Below are positions 21,047 to 28,435 of a stretch of DNA of 32,000 nucleotides, one piece after another. Where the stretch lies: positions 1,380,001 through 1,412,000 of the forward strand of contig NZ_CP080507.1 of the NCBI RefSeq assembly GCF_019464535.1, read 5' to 3'. Origin of the DNA: Horticoccus luteus. GTDB taxonomy: Bacteria; Verrucomicrobiota; Verrucomicrobiia; Opitutales; Opitutaceae. The notes beneath the pieces are model-generated. The model ran no database searches, had not been told where the DNA came from, and worked only from the letters and a program-made list of their open reading frames with translations. How positions within the stretch are numbered: position 1 is the stretch's first letter; every line of letters begins with the position of its first letter. A program made the position numbers and the translations under genes.

Positions 21047-24037
21047 ATGACGAGCGCGCTGACGTTCTCCCGACTCTATGGTGCGCGCCGACGCCAGGCG
21101 GGGTTTGCCTTGCTGCTGACGGTGACGCTCGTGGCCGCGTTGCTGGTCTTGCTCGTGAGCTTGGTGGCGTTGACGCGCGTCGAAACGAAAATTTCGGATA
21201 ACGGCGTGAAGGAGGCGCAAGCCCGGCGAAACGCGCTGATGGCGTTGAACATTGCGCTGGGCGAGTTGCAAAAATATGCCGGACCGGATCAACGCGTGAC
21301 GGGGACGGCGGACGGTTTCGGCGGGGTGGTGGGCACGCGATACTATACGGGCGTGTGGGATTCGCGCACAACAGGCACGGGGACGTTACGCTGGCTGGTC
21401 AGCGGTGGCGAGTCGGCGGCGTTCTCGCCGGCGGCTGCGCCCCTTGATGCGGTTGAGCTTGTCGGAGAACGGACGTCAGCGACCGCAGGTGAATCGGTGG
21501 TGGCCATGAAGCGGCCGATCACAGCGGTGGTCGCCGGCCAATCGAACGAAGCCGTGACCGGTGCCTACGCGTGGTGGGTGGGGGACGAAGGGGTAAAGGC
21601 CAGCCTGGCGGTGGGCGATCGCACGGAGGCAATCACCTACCCGCCATATCAATCGGGCGACGCCCGAGCACGATTGCGCCAGCAAACGGGACTGGGGGCG
21701 GCGCCGACCGATACAGCGGGTGAGACTTTAGTGGAGCCGCGCTCCGCCAGTAACGCGTCGAGCCTAGCGCGGTTGTTCGGCCGCGAGCAGATCTCTTTGT
21801 TGACGACACCGGCGACGGCACCGTTGGGACTAACCGTAACTCGGGATAACTATCACAATTGGACGGTGTTGAGTAAAGGGGTGTTGAGCGATACGGTCCG
21901 CGGTGGTTTACGGCAGGATGTGTCGTTGAACGCCAATCTGCTCGGCGAAGAGTATGCGGTGTGGGCGGATTATACGAACACGAGCGTAATGGAAGACCCG
22001 GCATCGCCTGGAACTCCGGCACCTTCACCCGGCTACGGAAGCGAACCGCTGCGTCGGCGCTATACGATAGGGCCGTTCGTCGCGTCGCAGCGACCGCGGA
22101 TTGCGCCGGTGATATCGTATTTTTATATTCTATTCGGGGTGCGCAAGCAGTCTGCGTCGGCGCCGTTTACCTTGAGTATGCGTTGGGCAGTCGCGCTATG
22201 GAATCCTTATACGAGTGCGCTCGTTCCAGAGCCGCTTTCGATCGAGGTGACTGGTTTGCCGGAGCAGGTATCGTTTTTGCACGCATCAACGCAGGCGGTG
22301 GACGCGACGGTATCCCTCCGAAACTTGTATGGCGCACCGATGAAATTGCGGTTGCCGTGGGACAGCGCGCCGACGAGCCCGGATCGCAAGTCCTGGCTTC
22401 CCGGACGCGTGTACAATTGGGTGAGTACGGGTGATCCGGCGTTCACTGCTTCGTCGACAAACCCCGGAAGATTCTATTCTCGCGATTTACCAGGCTTTGC
22501 GACGGGACTGATGACGAGCGTGGCTGGCTCGGGCGTGATCAATGGCAATTCTCCTTTGGCGGTGCGAGTCGGTGGCAAGACGACGCTCACCGTGAAGTTA
22601 TTTCGCGACAGTGACCACGCGCTCCTCGCCACTTATACCAGTCCGGAATACGACGCAGTGCCGACGACAGCAGGAACGGCGGCGTCGAACTCGACCTCGC
22701 AGCTCGGTTTTTTATTTCGACTCGCAGAGAGCTACGACACGGTGGCATCGGACCCCGGGCTGTGGCTGAAGACGACGTTGGAAGACCCGCGAGCCGAAGA
22801 CTATCCAGCGGATGGATTGCGAGCGGTGCCCAACGGAACGAATCCGGCGCTCTACGTGAATTACACGACGATCTCAGCGCCCGACCGCCTGCTTGATCGA
22901 GATATCACTTGGGGAACTTCGTTCGATGAAGACGTGCCGGTGTTTGAATTACCGCGGGCACCGCTGCTGTCGCTCGGCGCTTTGCAGCAACTCTACGTCG
23001 CGGGTGCGCGACCATTTGCGATCGGCAACTCGTGGGGACAATCGGCCCTCATCAACAATCTGCACGGCAACGAATTGTTCGACCGGTTTTTCCTCAGCGG
23101 CTTGTGCCCCGGCGTTGCGCCCGATCTGGCGGCGGGAGAACCGTTGCCGAATCAAATGCTATTACCGCTGACGGAAAAACCGGATGGCACGGCGGTATTG
23201 TTAGCGACACTGCAGGGGGCAGCCGCGCAAAGGAGCTCCGAATTTCTCCTTCAACAGGGCGCGTTTAACATCAATTCGCTAAGTGCGTCGGCGTGGCGGG
23301 CGGTGTTGCACGCAGGCCGGTTTGGCGATGGAGGAGCGTTTTCCTATCTTAATCCGAGTGCGGCGACCGGCACGGCGGGTGACGCGAGCAGGCAGACAAT
23401 CGATGCGATTGACGCGCAGTTTTTCCGGTTTCCGCAGTCCGCGCAAGAGACCTTCGCGGCCAGCGACAACTACGCGCAGTCGACCACGGGTGCCAACGGC
23501 GCCGGCGGACCGGTGATCAATACTCCTCTATTTCGGCGTGGAAAACGAGCGCTGTCGGCCACGCAAATTCGTGACCTTGCCCAGCAAGTTGTGACGCTAA
23601 ATCGACAGAAGCAGGCTGCGTCGGGTCCCTTTCGGAGCTTGGAGGAATTTCTAAATCCGAATGATCTCTTTGCAGAGGCCGACGGAACTCCCAGCAGTTT
23701 GCTGGAAAAAGCGATCCGCGATGCCGGGCTGAACGAAGCGATCGGAGAATTTAGTTCACAATGGCTCACGCAAGCCGATCTCGTGACGGCCATCGGACCG
23801 GTGTTGTCCGCCCGGAGCGACACGTTTGTGGTCCGCGCTTATGGAGAGACGCGTAATCCCGTCGGCGGGAATATTGAAGGTCGGGCATGGGCGGAGGCGG
23901 TGGTGCAACGGCTTCCCGAACCGAAGTCTCCCGCGAATCGACAGCATCCGACCGAGGCCGAATACCAAAGCCCGGGTACACTCGGCCGGCGGTTCAAAAT
24001 TTTATCATTCCGATGGCTTTCTTCCTCCGACATCTAG
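21047..24037 (+). CDS. Giant GspK/PilX-like pseudopilin-tip protein (~996 aa)
   Basis: The N-terminus RRRQAG/FALLLTVTLVAALLVLLVSLVAL has a pilin-like helix but no Glu at +5, which is a GspK hallmark. Also present are WWVGDEGVKASL (21572-21607), FNINSLSASAWRAVL (23264-23308) and SARSDTFVVRAYGE (23807-23848). Start is ATG 21047, or TTG 21041 overlapping the upstream stop. Confidence 0.6.
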   Translation: MTSALTFSRLYGARRRQAGFALLLTVTLVAALLVLLVSLVALTRVETKISDNGVKEAQARRNALMALNIALGELQKYAGPDQRVTGTADGFGGVVGTRYYTGVWDSRTTGTGTLRWLVSGGESAAFSPAAAPLDAVELVGERTSATAGESVVAMKRPITAVVAGQSNEAVTGAYAWWVGDEGVKASLAVGDRTEAITYPPYQSGDARARLRQQTGLGAAPTDTAGETLVEPRSASNASSLARLFGREQISLLTTPATAPLGLTVTRDNYHNWTVLSKGVLSDTVRGGLRQDVSLNANLLGEEYAVWADYTNTSVMEDPASPGTPAPSPGYGSEPLRRRYTIGPFVASQRPRIAPVISYFYILFGVRKQSASAPFTLSMRWAVALWNPYTSALVPEPLSIEVTGLPEQVSFLHASTQAVDATVSLRNLYGAPMKLRLPWDSAPTSPDRKSWLPGRVYNWVSTGDPAFTASSTNPGRFYSRDLPGFATGLMTSVAGSGVINGNSPLAVRVGGKTTLTVKLFRDSDHALLATYTSPEYDAVPTTAGTAASNSTSQLGFLFRLAESYDTVASDPGLWLKTTLEDPRAEDYPADGLRAVPNGTNPALYVNYTTISAPDRLLDRDITWGTSFDEDVPVFELPRAPLLSLGALQQLYVAGARPFAIGNSWGQSALINNLHGNELFDRFFLSGLCPGVAPDLAAGEPLPNQMLLPLTEKPDGTAVLLATLQGAAAQRSSEFLLQQGAFNINSLSASAWRAVLHAGRFGDGGAFSYLNPSAATGTAGDASRQTIDAIDAQFFRFPQSAQETFAASDNYAQSTTGANGAGGPVINTPLFRRGKRALSATQIRDLAQQVVTLNRQKQAASGPFRSLEEFLNPNDLFAEADGTPSSLLEKAIRDAGLNEAIGEFSSQWLTQADLVTAIGPVLSARSDTFVVRAYGETRNPVGGNIEGRAWAEAVVQRLPEPKSPANRQHPTEAEYQSPGTLGRRFKILSFRWLSSSDI

Positions 24038-24708
24038 CGTTGCGCGGCAGTCTATTTTTGGCCGTAGCGGTGGCCGCGATCGCGCAGCCGGCCCGGCCGC
24101 GCGAACTCGAGGTTCATTTTACTGTGTTTGCGCCGACGTTCGTGAGTGACCTTGCGTATCGGATCAAAACTGAACGGGCGGTGAAACTGGTGCCTTTGAC
24201 GTTCTTCCCCACGGCGCGCTCGCCGGTGTATGCGTATCGAGGACCGGCACCGTTGGAGATCGTGGATGAGAAGTCGGGTGAAGTAGTGGCGTTGGCAGAT
24301 GTGCCGCCAAATATTTCGGAGCCCTTGATCATCTTGTTTCCCCTAACTCCAGCGCCGACCAAAGGAACACGATTTCGCGTTTACGTGCACGATGACGCGA
24401 AATCCAAGCACGGACCAGGAGGCTTGGGTGTTCTGAATTTCTCGAACCTTTCGCTAGATGGGACAGTGGATCGGCAGGCGGTGCAATTCGGGAACGGATT
24501 CTACGGCCCCTATAACGTGGGAGCGGTAGCGAAGGTGATGCTGCGCACCCGATTTCGCGGACGCAGCCTGCAAACCTACGCCGACAGCATTCACCTCGGC
24601 CGCGACGGCCGGGCGCTCCTTCTACTGTTGCCGCCGTTTTATCGCGGCTCGTTGGAAGTGCAGACGCGGATATTGTTGGACGAGGTGACGCATCCGGACT
24701 CGCGTTAG
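24013..24708 (+). CDS. Hypothetical secreted protein (231 aa), last gene of the pseudopilin operon
   Basis: Signal peptide MAFFLRHLALRGSLFLAVAVAAIAQP. The composition looks beta-rich and no family is recognised. ATG 24013 overlaps the upstream gene by 25 nt. Confidence 0.55.
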   Translation: MAFFLRHLALRGSLFLAVAVAAIAQPARPRELEVHFTVFAPTFVSDLAYRIKTERAVKLVPLTFFPTARSPVYAYRGPAPLEIVDEKSGEVVALADVPPNISEPLIILFPLTPAPTKGTRFRVYVHDDAKSKHGPGGLGVLNFSNLSLDGTVDRQAVQFGNGFYGPYNVGAVAKVMLRTRFRGRSLQTYADSIHLGRDGRALLLLLPPFYRGSLEVQTRILLDEVTHPDSR

Positions 24709-24782
24709 GCTGGTCTAGCGAGCGCCGGGGTTCTGGGAAGCGAATAGCTCACGCGTCAATAGTTCGGCGGAAGTGGTAACAT

Positions 24783-25928
24783 CTACCCCAGCAGCACCTG
24801 CCATTGGTTTTCGCGGGCGGAGCGGGCGGCTTTCAGGGCGCCGAGGGCGACGTAGCGTTTATAATCCTGGCCGGCGATTTTCACTTTCGGTGATTCATAT
24901 CCGTCGTCGGCGAGGCGTTTTTGCAGCACGGTGTCGATGCCTTTGATCTGCGATCCGCCGCCGGTGATAATGATGTTTTGCAGCAGCGGCACGACCGAAT
25001 CCGAGGAGGCGCGTTGGATCAGCGTCGTGAGCGCAGGATAGATTTTATCGAGCAGGGCGTTGGCGGCGCGCCCGATGACGTCACCGAGTTCCAGCGTATG
25101 GCCTTTGCCGCCCATGATGACTTTGACGTCGATGGGCTTGCGGGTCGGGCCGACGTAGGCGTGCGCCTCTTTGATTTCGCGCACTTTCAAGCGGGAAAGG
25201 CCGTTGTTGGGATAGGTGCGATCGAGTTCATCGTGCATGAGGGCGTCGATCGCGTCGCCGGCGAAAGCGATGCTGACCTGATCGTCGCTCGTGGGAAAAT
25301 AGCCTTGGACGAGGCAGATGTCGGTGGTGCCGCCGCCGATGTCGATGAAGAGCGAATTGACGACCGGATCGAGGTAACCGGGCTGGCCGACGCGGGCGTC
25401 GTCGCGGTAACCGAGTGCGGCGAGAAACGGTTCCGGGATCAGGAGGATGCGGCTGAAGATGCCTTGGGCGATGCGGCGGATTTCTTCGCGGGCAGGTTCT
25501 TCGGCGTTGGCGGGCACGCCGACAACCGCGCGGATTTCAGCGGTGCCGCTCGGGTCGACGAGGGTGCGGATGTGGTGGAAGAAATCGCGGGCGGCTTCCT
25601 CGCGGGTGATGACGCCGCTTTCGAGCGGCGTGACGAGGCGGGCGTGCAATTGGTTGCGCAAAGCATCCTCGCCGAAGAGCACGCGGTGGTTGCCGGTGAT
25701 GATGCCGTCGACGATGCCTTCTTTGACGTAGCCGACGATCGAGGGGATGACTTTGCTGACAAGAATGTCGTTGGTGCCCGGAGCACCCGCGAGCACGCAC
25801 GATTTGTTGGTGCCGAGATCGAAGCCGACGAGGATCGTCTTGCCGCCGGCGCGCGAAGGCACGGTGGATGGCGTGGGGGCGGGCGTGTGGGCCGTGAGCG
25901 GGCGTTCAGGAGTGGAGACGGAGGACAT
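24783..25928 (-). CDS. MamK-family actin-like ATPase
   Basis: Actin-fold motifs are present: GFDLGTNKS (phosphate 1), VVGVPANAEE, IPEPFLAALGY, FIDIGGGTTDICLV (phosphate 2) and IIITGGGSQIKGI (adenosine). EPF, TTDIC, SIVGYVKE and the C-terminal ..ALGALKAA....QWQVL resemble MamK as I remember it more than MreB does. There is a ~30-aa Pro/Thr-rich N-terminal extension. Confidence 0.75.
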   Translation of the reverse strand: MSSVSTPERPLTAHTPAPTPSTVPSRAGGKTILVGFDLGTNKSCVLAGAPGTNDILVSKVIPSIVGYVKEGIVDGIITGNHRVLFGEDALRNQLHARLVTPLESGVITREEAARDFFHHIRTLVDPSGTAEIRAVVGVPANAEEPAREEIRRIAQGIFSRILLIPEPFLAALGYRDDARVGQPGYLDPVVNSLFIDIGGGTTDICLVQGYFPTSDDQVSIAFAGDAIDALMHDELDRTYPNNGLSRLKVREIKEAHAYVGPTRKPIDVKVIMGGKGHTLELGDVIGRAANALLDKIYPALTTLIQRASSDSVVPLLQNIIITGGGSQIKGIDTVLQKRLADDGYESPKVKIAGQDYKRYVALGALKAARSARENQWQVLLG

Positions 25929-25943
25929 AGGAATTTAAACGGG

Positions 25944-26315
25944 TTAAGAGGTCCGCGCGGCGCGTTGGCCGGCGAGCATGCTGTCGATCATGTCGGCGAT
26001 GTTAATGTCGCCGCCTACCGGACGGGCGGGTGGCGGCGGCGGAGATGAAGCGGGGACCAAAGGCTGGGAGGGAGCGGCGGGGAGGCGGGCGGCAACCAAG
26101 TCGGCGACCACGCTCGCGGTGGCGAGGCGTTCGTCTTCGGTGTGCTGCAGCGCGGCCAGTTCGTCGTCTTCACCGCCGTGTGCGTGCGCGGCGGCGATGG
26201 CCGGCGTCCATGCGGTGTGTTCGAGGCGCGCTGCTTCGCTGGCGCGTCCGAGCAGGCGGAGCATCACCATGCGCCGGTAGATCAAAATAGCATCCGCCCA
26301 CGGCGACGCGACCAT
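25944..26315 (-). CDS. Hypothetical small acidic/proline-rich protein (123 aa; 133 aa if TTG 26345 is used)
   Basis: GC-rich third positions support coding. It has an acidic patch (HGGEDDELAALQHTEDERL), a proline run (PASSPPPPPARP) and a C-terminal amphipathic segment (DINIADMIDSMLAGQ). The stop is 15 nt before the actin-like gene start. Confidence 0.5.
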   Translation of the reverse strand: MVASPWADAILIYRRMVMLRLLGRASEAARLEHTAWTPAIAAAHAHGGEDDELAALQHTEDERLATASVVADLVAARLPAAPSQPLVPASSPPPPPARPVGGDINIADMIDSMLAGQRAARTS

Positions 26316-26425
26316 CGGGCAGAGCGAAGACACAGATTCGCTCAAGATGAGGCGCTAGACCGAGCAGGCGCGGGCGGGTTCGCGATTTTCTGCGGCGCGG
26401 CGCGGGGTTTTCCGTAAGCTCTTTG

Positions 26426-26737
26426 TCAGAGCGGTCGTCGCAAAAAATAAAAAATCAACAGGGCGGCGGCGAGTCCGAGGAGGGCGAGGGCGAAATAGAG
26501 AAAGCAGCCGCGGCGGACGGTGCGGTGGACGACTTGAGGGTCGATGGTATCTTGTTCGAATGCGTCGGCGGGTTGACCGGTGGTCAAATCGACGCCGGGA
26601 GACGCGGGCGAGGAAACTTGGGCGGCGGCGTGGGCGCTGGCGGCGGCGGCGGCGATTTCGCGTTCCAAGCGGGCGAGATGTTCCTGCGCCAACTCGCGCT
26701 GGCGGAGTAGTTCGGAGAGTCGGTCGGGCGTCGGCAC
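26426..26737 (-). CDS. Hypothetical tail-anchored coiled-coil membrane protein (103 aa, GTG start)
   Basis: The N-terminus is heptad-like (LSELLRQRELAQEHLARLEREIAAAAA), followed by a Pro/Ser linker and a single C-terminal TM (CFLYFALALLGLAAALLIFYFL). Third positions are GC-rich. There is no in-frame ATG. Confidence 0.5.
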   Translation of the reverse strand: MPTPDRLSELLRQRELAQEHLARLEREIAAAAASAHAAAQVSSPASPGVDLTTGQPADAFEQDTIDPQVVHRTVRRGCFLYFALALLGLAAALLIFYFLRRPL

Positions 26738-26760
26738 AGCGAGGAGAGGGGAAGCGCGGG

Positions 26761-26793
26761 CAATAAAAAACGCAGCCCAGAACGGGCTGCGTT
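26761..26793 (-). terminator. Rho-independent terminator of the rplU-rpmA operon
   Basis: On the minus strand, AACGCAGCCC (26793-26784) pairs with GGGCTGCGTT (26778-26769) across a 5-nt loop and is followed by TTTTTTATTG. It starts 27 nt after the rpmA stop. Confidence 0.8.
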
Positions 26794-26819
26794 GGAAGAT
26801 AAATGTGGCTCGGTCTGGC

Positions 26820-27059
26820 TCAGACGATCGAGACCTTGCGGTGGGGCTTGTCGTATTTCACGGTGCCGTCCGTGAGGGCGAAAAGCGTCCAATCGCGGCC
26901 GATGCCGACGTTCTTGCCGGCGTGCAGCTTGGAGCCGCGCTGGCGAACGATGATGTTACCCGCGATGACGGCTTCTCCGCCGAAGCGTTTAATGCCGAGC
27001 CGCTTGGACTGGCTCTCGCGTCCGTTGGTGGATGTTCCCTGACCTTTCTTATGCGCCAT
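26820..27059 (-). CDS. rpmA: 50S ribosomal protein L27
   Basis: [56 protein letters not shown].. is the canonical L27 sequence. Confidence 0.95.
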   Translation of the reverse strand: MAHKKGQGTSTNGRESQSKRLGIKRFGGEAVIAGNIIVRQRGSKLHAGKNVGIGRDWTLFALTDGTVKYDKPHRKVSIV

Positions 27060-27071
27060 GACGAGGAGTGA

Positions 27072-27386
27072 TTAAGCGTTAATGGATTCGATCTTGATGA
27101 CGGAAAGCTCCTGGCGATGGCCGCGTTTACGCTCCATGCCTTTGCGCTTCTTCTTCTTGAAGACGATGACCTTATCGCCGCGTTTGTTTTCGAGAATCTT
27201 GGCGGACACCGTGGCGCCCGTGAGCAGAGGTGTGCCGATCTTGAAGGTTTCGCCCTCACCAGCGGCCAGCACGTCGGTAATCTCGATGGTCGAGCCCTTT
27301 TCCGTGTTCGGGTAACGGTTTACGATGAGAATGTCGCCCTCAGAGACATTGAACTGCTGTCCCTGAGTCTTGATGGTGGCTTTCAT
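27072..27386 (-). CDS. rplU: 50S ribosomal protein L21
   Basis: From ATG 27386: [24 protein letters not shown]......IEITDVL.......KIGTP...[28 protein letters not shown] is the L21 pattern. It sits directly upstream of rpmA. Confidence 0.92.
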   Translation of the reverse strand: MKATIKTQGQQFNVSEGDILIVNRYPNTEKGSTIEITDVLAAGEGETFKIGTPLLTGATVSAKILENKRGDKVIVFKKKKRKGMERKRGHRQELSVIKIESINA

Positions 27387-27511
27387 AAATAAAACCGCAG
27401 AAAAAACGGGTTCGCGGAAGTGAACGCAAGGTTTAATTGAGGATTTACCGAGGCCGGCGCGCGCGCAAGTGCGGAGAGTCGGGCGCGAGTGAAAACGGCG
27501 CGAGTCGGGCC

Positions 27512-28435
27512 CTAGCAATTCTCTTGGATTACGTTAGTTAAGTCGAATTCGGCGATGCCGGCGTGCGCGGCGTTGGCGGCGGCGAATGGGAGCGCCCACG
27601 CAAGCGCGTGAGGAAGGTCGAGTGCAAGCACATGGCGCGCATGGACAAGGCAGGCGAGCAACACGTCGCCGGATCCGGTAGCGGACACTTCTTGGACGCG
27701 CGGCGGCGAAAATTCGCGGGCGGACACGTCGGCGGACTGGAGCCAGATGGATTCGCCGCCGGAGGTGACAATCCATGCTTGGGCGGCGTAACGGGCTTGG
27801 GCGAGCGCGAGGCGCGCAGCGGGCGAAGTCTCGCCGGGCGGCGGCGGAATCAAGCTGTCGAACTCGGTGCGGTTGATCTTCACGAGCGCGACGGGCAATT
27901 GCGCGAACCAAGGCAGCGGCGGGCCGTAGGTATCGACGTAGAGGACGCCGCGCTTGCACCAGCGTTGGAAGGCGGCGCGCAACGGGTCGAAGGCGGGCGT
28001 GCTCCAGCCGGGAAGGCTGCCGGCGACGACGAGCACGGCGTGGTCGGGTTGCGCATCGAGAAAGGCGGCGCACGCGAGCAGCGCGTCGGCGTCGGGAGCG
28101 GCGTCGGGGCCGAGAAACGTCGTCTCGGCGTGAGCGCCGCCGCGGACAACGATGCCGATGCGCGTGGGCGCGGTTGTGGCGAACGCGACGTGTGGCAGGG
28201 CGTGTTGCTCCAGCCAGCGCGTGCAATCGCTGCCCGTAGCGCCGCCGGGAAAACAGAGCGCAGGCGCGGCTGTGCCGAGGCGGGCGAGCATGCGGGTGAC
28301 GTTGATGCCCTTGCCGCCGACTTGAAACGATTCGCGTTCGGCGCGCTGCGTGCGACCGGGTGTCCACGCGGAAAATTCGAGCGTGCGTTCCCAGAGGAGA
28401 TTGCCGGTGAACGTGAAACAGGGCGAGGCGTTCAT
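27512..28435 (-). CDS. PfkB-family carbohydrate kinase (1-phosphofructokinase/tagatose-6-P kinase-like)
   Basis: [15 protein letters not shown] near the N-terminus and the C-terminal [14 protein letters not shown] / AANAAHAG motifs fit the PfkB/FruK family. ATG 28435 overlaps the stop of the upstream MFS gene (ATGA). Confidence 0.7.
   Translation of the reverse strand: MNASPCFTFTGNLLWERTLEFSAWTPGRTQRAERESFQVGGKGINVTRMLARLGTAAPALCFPGGATGSDCTRWLEQHALPHVAFATTAPTRIGIVVRGGAHAETTFLGPDAAPDADALLACAAFLDAQPDHAVLVVAGSLPGWSTPAFDPLRAAFQRWCKRGVLYVDTYGPPLPWFAQLPVALVKINRTEFDSLIPPPPGETSPAARLALAQARYAAQAWIVTSGGESIWLQSADVSAREFSPPRVQEVSATGSGDVLLACLVHARHVLALDLPHALAWALPFAAANAAHAGIAEFDLTNVIQENC

Noticed and set aside
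23887-24012. Longer N-terminus (MGGGGGATAS...) for the last pseudopilin-operon gene
   Set aside because: The extension lies entirely inside the K-like coding region in another frame and is low-complexity. A clean signal peptide begins at ATG 24013.
21047-24037. PilY1-like adhesin as the identity of the 996-aa protein
   Set aside because: PilY1 proteins have a Sec signal rather than a pilin-like hydrophobic N-terminus, and they follow a separate PilX gene. Here the large protein itself occupies the K/PilX slot, carries the Glu5-less pilin helix and ends with a GspK-like strand. It cannot be fully excluded without structure or HMM analysis.
24783-25928. Alternative identities for the actin-like gene: MreB, or a PilM/GspL-type pilus assembly actin linked to the adjacent pseudopilin operon
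   Set aside because: The motifs EPF (not EPMAAA), TTDIC (not TTEVA) and the C-terminal block fit MamK better than MreB. No mreCD follows. PilM normally precedes pilNOPQ and binds an N-terminal PilN peptide, whereas here the partner has a C-terminal TM and the operon is convergent to the pilin genes. A functional link to the pilins remains untested rather than excluded.
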